Of a stretch of 64,000 nt of DNA, positions 50,600 to 58,137 are shown piece after piece. The number at the start of each line of letters is the position of its first letter. Position 1 is the stretch's first letter. The stretch is from Clostridiales bacterium (GTDB lineage: Bacteria; Bacillota; Clostridia; Oscillospirales; Acutalibacteraceae). A program made the position numbers and the translations under genes. The stretch covers positions 207 to 64,206 of the forward strand of contig DAISNS010000001.1 in the NCBI GenBank assembly GCA_036830905.1, in the 5' to 3' direction. The notes under the pieces are model-generated. The model had not been told where the DNA came from. It did not search any database and saw only the letters and a list, made by a program, of their open reading frames with translations.

Positions 50600-51715
50600 T
50601 TACTCCTTCGGCGGCTGCGGGTAGCGGTAGATTTTTCCCTGGAAATTCTCCATCACGACCTCGCGGTCGTCCTTCGAGACGACGTAATTGTAGCTGATCG
50701 GCACTTTTCCGCCTCCGCCGGGCGCGTCGATCACGAATTTCGGCACGGCGTAGCCGGAGATATTGCCGGTCAGGTCGTGGATGATCTCCACGCCTTTGTC
50801 CACCGTCGTGCGGAAATGGCCGATGCCGCGCGACAAGTCGCACTGGTACAGGTAGTACGGGCGCACGCGCAGGTGCACGAGCTTCAGCATGAGCTCCTTC
50901 ATGACGGCGGTGCTGTCGTTCACGCCGCGCAGCAGCACCGTCTGGTCGCCGAGCGGGATGCCGGCGTCCACGATCGCCCCGCAGGCGCGCGCGGACTGCG
51001 GCGTGATCTCGTTCGGGTGCGAAAAATGGGTGTTGATCCAGATGGGCTGGTATTTTTTCAGCATGGAGAGCAGTTCGTCCGTGATGCGCATGGGAAGGAC
51101 CACGGGCACGCGCGTCCCGATGCGGATGATGTCCACGTGGGGGATGGCGCGCAGGCCGGCGATGATGTGCTCGAGCTTCGGCGTCGCCATCGTGAGCGGG
51201 TCGCCGCCGGAGATCAGCACGTCGCGGATCTCGCGGTGCGCGCGGATGTAGCCGAGGGCCGCCTGAAGCTCCGGCTCGGAGATGACGCGGTCCTCCTCGC
51301 CCACGACGCGCCTGCGGGTGCAGTAGCGGCAGTAGGTGGAGCAGCACAGCGTGACGAGGAACAGCACGCGGTCCGGGTAGCGGTGGACGATGTGCGGCGC
51401 GGGGCTGTCGCTCACCTCGCCCAGCGGATCGGCCATGTCGTTGCCGCAGGGGAGCGTCTCCTCGATGGACGGCACGCAGACCTTCCGGATGGGATCGTCC
51501 GGGTCGTCCGGGCGGATCAGCGACGCGTAGTAGGGCGTGACGGCCATGCGGAAGCTGGAGAGGCATTTGGCCACGTCCTCCCGCTCCCGGTCGGACATCC
51601 CGAGGAATCCGGCGATCCCGTCCGCCGTGGTGATGCGGTTGGCGTACTGCCATTTCCAGTCGTTCCATCGGGGGTAGAGGGCTTCGTAGGACGCGGCGTC
51701 CGCGCAGCGTTTCAT
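50600..51715 (-). CDS. KamA-family radical SAM, PLP-dependent aminomutase (lysine 2,3-aminomutase-like)
   Basis: Start MKRCAD (ATGA overlap with upstream gene); WNDWKWQ, HRYPDRVL, CSTYCRYCTRRR, LISGGDPL, RIGTRVPV, PYYLYQCD, FVIDAPGGGGK. Confidence 0.92.
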   Translation of the reverse strand: MKRCADAASYEALYPRWNDWKWQYANRITTADGIAGFLGMSDREREDVAKCLSSFRMAVTPYYASLIRPDDPDDPIRKVCVPSIEETLPCGNDMADPLGEVSDSPAPHIVHRYPDRVLFLVTLCCSTYCRYCTRRRVVGEEDRVISEPELQAALGYIRAHREIRDVLISGGDPLTMATPKLEHIIAGLRAIPHVDIIRIGTRVPVVLPMRITDELLSMLKKYQPIWINTHFSHPNEITPQSARACGAIVDAGIPLGDQTVLLRGVNDSTAVMKELMLKLVHLRVRPYYLYQCDLSRGIGHFRTTVDKGVEIIHDLTGNISGYAVPKFVIDAPGGGGKVPISYNYVVSKDDREVVMENFQGKIYRYPQPPKE

Positions 51716-52758
51716 TGCCGCACCGCCTCCATCCCGAGGCGCGACAGCGCGGAGTCCAGAACGGAAAGGACGAGCTTTTCGTAGGGCACGCCGCAGAACG
51801 CGGCCAGCATCGGGTAGTCGCTGTACCCCGGCGCCAGGCCGGGCAGCGGGTTGATCTCGATAAAGTAGACGGCGCCGTCCTCCGCCATGCGGAAGTCCAC
51901 CCGGGCGAAGTCCCGGCATCCGAGCGCGCGGAACGCGCCCAGCGCCATGTCCTTCATCGCCTTTTCGGACTCGGGCGGAAGCTTTGCCGGGCACTCGTAG
52001 CCGACGTAGTCCCGGTAGTTCTGCTTCACCCCGTAGCTGTATACCCTGCAGTGCTCGGCGGTGTCGCGGCGGAAGACGATTTCCATCGGCGGGAAGACGC
52101 GGACGCCGGCGCCGTTCCCGAGAATGCCCACCGTGAATTCGCGCCCGGAAATGTATTCCTCCGCCAGCATCGGCTCGCCGTAGAGGCTGAGGCCGCGCCG
52201 CAAAAGCGCGCGCAGCCCCTTTTCGTCGGAAGCGACGCAGGCGTCCGGGATGCCCTTGCTGGAACCCTCGGCGTTCGGCTTTACGATCACGGGGAAGCGC
52301 AGGCGCAGCGCGTCGATGTCCCGTTCGCTTTCCACCACGGCGTAGGCCGGCGTGCGGATGCCGTAGGTGGCGACGAGGCGCTTGGTCAGGGCCTTGTCCA
52401 GCGCGATGCAGAGCGCCGTTTCGTCGGATCCGGTGAAGGGGATCCCGAGAAGATTGAGCAGCGCGGGGATTTCCGCCTCGCGCCCCCTGCTGCGCAGGCC
52501 CTCCGAGATGTTGAACGCGATGTCGATGTGCGTTTTCTGGAGGTTCCCGGCCAGAGTGCCGTCGCCCTCCAGCAGGACGGTGCGGTAGCCGCCCGCCTTC
52601 AGCGCCTCCTGAATGGCCGCCACGGTGGCGGGGCTGTCGTACTCGGCCTCGGCGTCGGGGGCGGCGCCTTTCTCGGCGCCGTGCTTCGCGTTGTAAACAA
52701 TGCCTACAACCGGTCCTCCGGGGTAATCGTCGGACTGATCTTCCATAGACTGTTCCAT
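51712..52758 (-). CDS. ATP-grasp ligase, D-Ala-D-Ala ligase-like but non-canonical
   Basis: RBS AGGAGG; GIPFTGS, LDKALTK, KPNAEGSSKGI, EEYISGREFTVGIL, ARVDFR, FIEINPLPGL; lacks the Ddl GG.S.EH and LHG..GEDG motifs. Confidence 0.85.
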   Translation of the reverse strand: MEQSMEDQSDDYPGGPVVGIVYNAKHGAEKGAAPDAEAEYDSPATVAAIQEALKAGGYRTVLLEGDGTLAGNLQKTHIDIAFNISEGLRSRGREAEIPALLNLLGIPFTGSDETALCIALDKALTKRLVATYGIRTPAYAVVESERDIDALRLRFPVIVKPNAEGSSKGIPDACVASDEKGLRALLRRGLSLYGEPMLAEEYISGREFTVGILGNGAGVRVFPPMEIVFRRDTAEHCRVYSYGVKQNYRDYVGYECPAKLPPESEKAMKDMALGAFRALGCRDFARVDFRMAEDGAVYFIEINPLPGLAPGYSDYPMLAAFCGVPYEKLVLSVLDSALSRLGMEAVRQ

Positions 52759-52899
52759 TGCCAGTGCTAGCCTCCTGCGTTTCCACGCATCGTATTTACT
52801 TTTTAACGTTACGCATGATATACAATAATCGGAGCGACAAGTCAATAGCTTTTTCAATTTTTTCGGAAAAAATTTTCCGACCCGCCGGCCGGCCCTTCC

Positions 52900-52928
52900 T
52901 TGACAAAATCCGACATGTTTGATAGGAT
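52900..52928 (+). promoter_or_regulatory. Thioredoxin promoter with an embedded CymR-like box
   Basis: TTGACA-17 bp-TAGGAT; ATCCGAC-N7-ATAGGAT imperfect palindrome at 52908-52928. Confidence 0.6.
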
Positions 52929-52959
52929 CGGCTCAGAAAGAAAAAAGGAGGTGGCGGCC

Positions 52960-53274
52960 GTGCCGCTGGAAACGATCACGCAGGAAAATTTCGAGCCCGA
53001 GGTCCTCGCGTCGCAGGTCCCGTTCGTCCTGGAGTTCTGGGCGCCCTGGTGCCCTTACTGCCGCCGCCTCGCGCCGGAGCTGGACAGGCTCGCCGCGCGG
53101 AGCGCCGGCGTGCGTTTCGGCAGGGTGAACGTCGACGAGCAGCCGTCTCTGGACGAGCGGTTCGATTACGAATACATTCCCACGCTCTTCCTGTTCCGGA
53201 ACGGCCAGCGCAGCGCGATGCTTTCCGTCCCGTCCACCGGGGAGGAAGTGGAGCGCTGGCTCCGGGCAAATTGA
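52960..53274 (+). CDS. Thioredoxin family protein
   Basis: GTG start after AAGGAGG; EFWAPWCPYC, VNVDE, IPTL.LF. Confidence 0.9.
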   Translation: MPLETITQENFEPEVLASQVPFVLEFWAPWCPYCRRLAPELDRLAARSAGVRFGRVNVDEQPSLDERFDYEYIPTLFLFRNGQRSAMLSVPSTGEEVERWLRAN

Positions 53275-53310
53275 AAACCGGCAGCCGCGCCGGAAAGCGG
53301 CCGATAGAAA

Positions 53311-53349
53311 ACGCGCCCCGAACGGCTTTCAAAACCGTTCGGGGCGCGT
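53311..53349. terminator. Bidirectional terminator
   Basis: Perfect 15-bp inverted repeat ACGCGCCCCGAACGG / CCGTTCGGGGCGCGT with A and T flanks. Confidence 0.8.
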
Positions 53350-53473
53350 CTTTATCGGCTTTCAAGGTCGCAAGGAAGCCCCTGTGCCGCGCCTTCGTGC
53401 CGGAGCAGGAAGGATTTGGACCCGGAAGAGGCCGGCGTAAATGCCTGCGCCGGCGAATCCTCCCGATATCCGT

Positions 53474-55228
53474 TCAGCCCTGGGAAAAAGCCGCGAGCAT
53501 ATCCAACTGTTCCCTGGAAATTCCGAAGCCGGCTAGAACGGCCGTCAGCTCGGGGTCCTTTTCCAGAGTTTTGGACAAAAATCCGATGCCGTTCACGGAG
53601 AGCTCGTTCATCGCCGCGCCGGAACTGTCGTTTGCCAGATCGAGCACCTGGCTGGAATCGGGCTGCGGCGGGATGGACGCTCCGCCGGCAACGCCGCTCA
53701 TGATCCCGGTCGACGAAACCGAGAGGACCCCGGGCACGGAAAGCCGAATCGTGCTGCTGAGCTGCTCTCCATTCAGAGCAGTTTCCAGCGTGACGCTGGA
53801 CTGATCCAGCTTCTCAAGCGTTTCCGGCAGGCCCGCCCGCTTTACATAGCCGTTCACCGCGTGGTCCGGATCGTACAGCGAGACCGCATATTTCCCGACC
53901 GCGACGTCGCGTCCCAAAAACGAAACCGTTTTGCAGCCGGAATATTCGACATTCACGCTGATGGCCTTCTGATCCTGCCCGTTCTGAATCTTCAGCTGCC
54001 GTTTTCCGGTTCCTTCCCCTGTTTTCGTATCGGAGAAGGTGAATCCTTCTTTTTGATTCAGCAGAAATTCAACCGTATATTTCTTATCGGACAGAAGATA
54101 ATTCAACCGCCCCTTGTCGGTTTTATCGTCGATTTCATAAGAATGTGCCAGGAGCGTCCCGTTCCGGGAAAGGTAGGAAACCGCCGAAAACGTCACGCCG
54201 TTCTTTTCGAGACCCAGCTTCGACAGCAAGCCGTCGATCAGTTTGCCATAGTCCTCTTTTGTCAGCTTTGCCGCAGGGGACTGCGACGGGTTGCCGGAGA
54301 TTGCCGAAAACAGGCCGTAATTGTCGGATATCAAGGTATAAAGATAATCGTCGCTTTTGGCTGCCTGAGCAATCGCTTTCACCGTGGCCGCAGTCTGGGC
54401 CGCCGTAAGGGAAGCCGACAGCTTCTGCCCCTGAACGGCGGTGCCGTCGACCGTCGCGCTCTGATTATTTTCCGCCTTCACCTGCGCCGCGGAAAGCGAA
54501 TCCGCGTAAATGGCGGCGAGCTTGTCCAGACTTGCCTGCAGTTTCTGCGGATCGTATTTGATCTTTGCAAGATTGTACGGGCTGAACGGGATGGCCGACT
54601 GGTCCCCGACGGACAGATATTTCTCCAGAATCTCCGGAATATGTACATAGGTTTTTCCGTCGCTGTAGATCAGTGAGTCCACCGTCAGCTTCAGCGCGGA
54701 CGGGTCGGTCAGGACGGAAGTGGACTGTGTGCCCTTTTCGCCGGTCAGCGTCTTCGTGCTGATCTTCAGGCTGTTCAGGTATGCCACGGCCCTCTGGAGC
54801 GATGCGCTTTCGTCCGCCGACAGATTCATGTCCTTCAGGAACTGGTCTTCCACCTTGACGGTAAACCGGGAGGCGGAGGTCAGGGCTTTCCCCCTGGCGG
54901 TATTTTTGAAAAAGCCTAGGCCTTTGTCGAGACCAGTCACGATCTGGCCTGCGCTCGATTTCGCCGTTGCCAGCTCGATGTTCTGCGCATACTTGGTTTT
55001 TCCCTGGATCAGCTCCATAAAATCGCGATTGAAACAGAATGCGCCGACCAGCACGGCCCCGACCAGCACCGCGCAAATCGAAATCACGGCAAGCAGCGCC
55101 GGTTTCCGCTTTCCGGGCTTCTTTTCCGCCGCCTGTCCGTTCTGAAGGGAAGGATCCGCCTCTGCAGAGCCGGTCCCGTTTGGGGATTCTCCGCTGTCCG
55201 TGGGGTCGCCCGCATTTCCACTCGCCAT
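53474..55228 (-). CDS. Hypothetical single-pass membrane-anchored protein with a large extracellular domain
   Basis: RBS AGGAG; disordered N-terminus, KKPGKRK followed by a TM helix, then about 510 aa soluble region; lower GC than its neighbours. Confidence 0.75.
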   Translation of the reverse strand: MASGNAGDPTDSGESPNGTGSAEADPSLQNGQAAEKKPGKRKPALLAVISICAVLVGAVLVGAFCFNRDFMELIQGKTKYAQNIELATAKSSAGQIVTGLDKGLGFFKNTARGKALTSASRFTVKVEDQFLKDMNLSADESASLQRAVAYLNSLKISTKTLTGEKGTQSTSVLTDPSALKLTVDSLIYSDGKTYVHIPEILEKYLSVGDQSAIPFSPYNLAKIKYDPQKLQASLDKLAAIYADSLSAAQVKAENNQSATVDGTAVQGQKLSASLTAAQTAATVKAIAQAAKSDDYLYTLISDNYGLFSAISGNPSQSPAAKLTKEDYGKLIDGLLSKLGLEKNGVTFSAVSYLSRNGTLLAHSYEIDDKTDKGRLNYLLSDKKYTVEFLLNQKEGFTFSDTKTGEGTGKRQLKIQNGQDQKAISVNVEYSGCKTVSFLGRDVAVGKYAVSLYDPDHAVNGYVKRAGLPETLEKLDQSSVTLETALNGEQLSSTIRLSVPGVLSVSSTGIMSGVAGGASIPPQPDSSQVLDLANDSSGAAMNELSVNGIGFLSKTLEKDPELTAVLAGFGISREQLDMLAAFSQG

Positions 55229-55359
55229 GAAAAACACTCCTACAATATATTTTCTGTCGACTGAACAGAATGTAAAACAATTATACCGGATTGACTGATA
55301 CAGGAACAAGCGGTAAATATTGGAGAATGTGGCGGTGTTTTCCGGCGGCCGGGCTCCGG

Positions 55360-56127
55360 TCAGCCGATCTTGTGCGCCGGCATGTGGACGCGCGTGTACT
55401 GGTTGCAGGCGTCATTGACTTCTTTTTTCTCCGTGATCACCTCGTAGAACTCGCTCAGCGGCGCGATGCGGCAGAGGAAGTCCCGGTTCATCTTCGAGGT
55501 GTCGCTCATCAGGATGGCTTTTTTGCTGTTTTCGATGAACTGGTGCTTGACGTAGTACTCGTCCTCGTTCGCCTCGCTGGCGCCGTTGCCGACGCTGAAG
55601 CCGCGGCAGGACATGAAGGCGAGGTCCGCGTTGTAGCGGCTGATGAAGTCCTTCGCGGAGAGGCCCACGAGCGACTTCGAGTTCTCGCGCAGCACGCCGC
55701 CCGTGCACATGAGGCGCACGTTGGAGTAGTCGGAGAGCAGCAGCGCCGTCTTGAGGCCGTTCGTGATGACCTGCAGGCTGCTGAAGCGGTCCAGCATCTT
55801 CGCGAGGAGGAAGACCGTGGTGCTCGAGTCGAGGAAAAGCGTCATCCCGTTCTCGATGTGCTTCGCGGCCTGGTCCGCGATGGTCTGCTTGCGCAGGGAA
55901 TTCTGGTTCTCGCGGAACGCGAGCGGATCCTCCGTGGAGCTGCCTTCCACGAGGACCGCCCCGCCGTGCGTGCGGTGGATCAGCTTGTTTTCCTCCAGCT
56001 GCTTGAGGTCGCGCCGGATGGTGGCGCCGCTTGCGAAAAGCTCGCGGCAGAGGTGGTCCACGGTGATGACTTTCCCGTTCTTGCGCATCAGCTCCAGTAT
56101 CTGCTGTTTCCGCTCGTAGGCGAGCAT
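55360..56127 (-). CDS. DeoR/GlpR-family transcriptional regulator (FucR-like) divergent from the BMC operon
   Basis: ER.QQILE, S.ATIRRDL..LE, RTHGGA, FLDSSTT, VITNGL, DTSK. Confidence 0.93.
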   Translation of the reverse strand: MLAYERKQQILELMRKNGKVITVDHLCRELFASGATIRRDLKQLEENKLIHRTHGGAVLVEGSSTEDPLAFRENQNSLRKQTIADQAAKHIENGMTLFLDSSTTVFLLAKMLDRFSSLQVITNGLKTALLLSDYSNVRLMCTGGVLRENSKSLVGLSAKDFISRYNADLAFMSCRGFSVGNGASEANEDEYYVKHQFIENSKKAILMSDTSKMNRDFLCRIAPLSEFYEVITEKKEVNDACNQYTRVHMPAHKIG

Positions 56128-56139
56128 AAGAATCCCTCC

Positions 56140-56290
56140 GATGATTATTTTTGATCGGACTTGCGCGAATAATAAAAAGTTATCGCATATTCATCAATGT
56201 CCCCGCCAAATATAGCTTTTTTTGATCGTTGCTGATAAGATGATACCAGCATTAACGATTAAAATCAATCATGATGTTGAAATTAAATCG
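56140..56290. promoter_or_regulatory. Divergent DeoR/BMC promoter region with TGAT repeats
   Basis: TTTTTGATCG at 56148-56157 and 56219-56228; TGAT pairs 10 bp apart at 56142/56152 and 56223/56233. Confidence 0.5.
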
Positions 56291-56305
56291 CAAAGGAGAA
56301 GACAT

Positions 56306-57139
56306 ATGGAATCAGCTTATGAGATCAAGAGGCAGATCTGCGACATCGGCCGCCGTATCTATACGAACGGCTTCGTCGCCGCGAACGACGGCAATATCTC
56401 CGTCAAGGTGGGCGACAACGAGTTCTACTGCACGCCGACGGGCGTTTCCAAAGGCTTTCTTACCCCGGAGATGATCCTGCGCGTGGACGGCAAGGGCAAC
56501 ATGCTGGAGACGAACGCCAAGTACAAGCCTTCCTCCGAGTTCAAGATGCACCTGCGCGTCTACAGCGAGCGCAGCGACGTGCGCGCCGTCGTGCATGCGC
56601 ATCCGCCGTATGCGACGGCGCACGCCGTCGCCGGTCTGGCGCTCGACAACTATATTATGCCGGAAGCGATCATCTCCCTGGGCGAGGTTCCGCTGACCAA
56701 GTACGGCACGCCGTCCACCATGGAGATCCCGGACGCGATTTCCGGCGCGCTGCAGAACCACGACGCGGTGCTGCTGCAGAACCACGGCGCGCTTTCCGTC
56801 GGCAACGACCTGGTCCACGCCTACTACAAGATGGAAACGCTCGAGTATTTCGCGAAGATCAGCTTTTTGGCGAAACAGCTCGGCGGCTGCAAGGAGCTGA
56901 CCTGCGAGCAGATCGAAAAGCTGCTTGAGGTGCGCAAGAAGATGGGCGTTCCGGGCCGCCACCCGGGCTGCGCGCAGTGCCAGTACCGCGGCACCGACAA
57001 GTGCCACTGCCTCACGCCGGAGCAGAAGGCCGGTTTCGCCAAGGCGCCGGCAGCGCCCGCAGCCGCCGCGGTTTCCGCTCCCAGCGCGGAACTGATCAGC
57101 GAGATCACGAAAAAAGTGCTCGCCGAGCTGAATAAGTGA
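56306..57139 (+). CDS. Class II aldolase (fuculose/rhamnulose-1-phosphate aldolase-like) with C-terminal encapsulation peptide
   Basis: NDGNIS, TPTGVSKG, SSEFKMH, VHAHP, LQNHGA; tail ELISEITKKVLAEL. Confidence 0.88.
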   Translation: MESAYEIKRQICDIGRRIYTNGFVAANDGNISVKVGDNEFYCTPTGVSKGFLTPEMILRVDGKGNMLETNAKYKPSSEFKMHLRVYSERSDVRAVVHAHPPYATAHAVAGLALDNYIMPEAIISLGEVPLTKYGTPSTMEIPDAISGALQNHDAVLLQNHGALSVGNDLVHAYYKMETLEYFAKISFLAKQLGGCKELTCEQIEKLLEVRKKMGVPGRHPGCAQCQYRGTDKCHCLTPEQKAGFAKAPAAPAAAAVSAPSAELISEITKKVLAELNK

Positions 57140-57155
57140 TAAAGGGCGGTTCGCA

Positions 57156-58112
57156 ATGAACCTTTCTGCCAGAAAAGGAGACACGGGTTTCGCCAGCACC
57201 GCCACGCGGAAGATGATCCCCAAGGACAGCCCGGTCTTTTCGCTCATCGGCTCGCTCGAGGAGCTGAATTCCGCCCTCGGGGCGGCGCGGCTCCGCGTCC
57301 GGCCGGACGTCGGCCGGATCGTCCGCTCGCTCCAGCAGGACGTGCTCGCGTTCCGGACGGAGCTTTCGGGCGGCCCGAAATTCGCGACGCGCGAAAAGGT
57401 CGCGGAGATGGAGAAATCCATCGACATGATCCTGCGCAGCGTCCCCGACGCGCCGGAGGAGATCCCCGGCGACAGCGAGGCCGGCGCGGGGTTCGCGATG
57501 GCGCGGGCCGTCGCCCGCCGCGCGGAGCGCTGGATGGTGTCCTGCAAGGATACGGGCGGCATCGGCCGGGACACGCTGGCCTGGGGAAACCGCCTTTCGG
57601 AGTTCATCGGGGCCATTTCCCGCCTCGCCGCGGCGAACGCGCCGGCGCCCCGGAGCCCGCTGGCCGCGCCCGACGCCCCGGCCCTTCCGCCGGACGGCGA
57701 AAGCTTTCTGGAAAAAGGGCTGTGGCTTTGCCGCAGCGTGATCGCCAGGGCCGCCGGGATGCCGCTGCCGGTTGTGACGGCAGTGTGCGACGCGGGCGGC
57801 AACACGGTCGCCGTGTTGCGCGCGGACGGCGCGTTCCTTGCCAGCGTCGATATTGCCGAGAATAAGGCGTTTACGAGCGTCTCCCTGAAAATGCCGACCG
57901 AGGACCTGGAAAAGCTCGCCGCGCCCGGCGGCCCGCTTTACGGGATCCAGAACACGAACGGCGGCCGCATCGTCATCTTCGGCGGGGGAGTCCCGCTCAC
58001 CGTCCACGGCACCCTCGCGGGGGGCTTCGGCGTGAGCGGGGGCACCGCGGAGCAGGACACCGGCCTCGGCCGCTATGCAGGAAAGATTTTCAGCGAGAGA
58101 TATAATCGATAG
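57156..58112 (+). CDS. PduO-like fusion: divergent cob(I)alamin adenosyltransferase domain plus GlcG/HbpS haem-binding domain
   Basis: N-terminal KGDTG, EELNSALG, ARRAER, NRLSE; C-terminal AVCDAGGN, SVDIAENKAFTS, IVIFGGGVPL, GVSGGTAEQD. Confidence 0.8.
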   Translation: MNLSARKGDTGFASTATRKMIPKDSPVFSLIGSLEELNSALGAARLRVRPDVGRIVRSLQQDVLAFRTELSGGPKFATREKVAEMEKSIDMILRSVPDAPEEIPGDSEAGAGFAMARAVARRAERWMVSCKDTGGIGRDTLAWGNRLSEFIGAISRLAAANAPAPRSPLAAPDAPALPPDGESFLEKGLWLCRSVIARAAGMPLPVVTAVCDAGGNTVAVLRADGAFLASVDIAENKAFTSVSLKMPTEDLEKLAAPGGPLYGIQNTNGGRIVIFGGGVPLTVHGTLAGGFGVSGGTAEQDTGLGRYAGKIFSERYNR

Positions 58113-58137
58113 AAAAACAGGAGGTCGATACGCGATC

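Noticed and set aside
50600..51715. Calling the aminomutase epmB, ablA or glutamate 2,3-aminomutase
   Set aside because: No efp/epmA or ablB is adjacent, and the YQCD and VID motifs indicate a basic rather than acidic substrate.
51712..52758. Calling the ATP-grasp gene ddl or a van ligase
   Set aside because: Key Ddl substrate-site motifs are missing, and there are no vanH/vanX/vanRS or mur neighbours.
50600..52786. 728-aa ORF suggesting a ligase-KamA fusion
   Set aside because: The first 357 residues are an off-frame reading of the ligase gene. The KamA-like protein starts at 51715 with its own RBS and an ATGA overlap.
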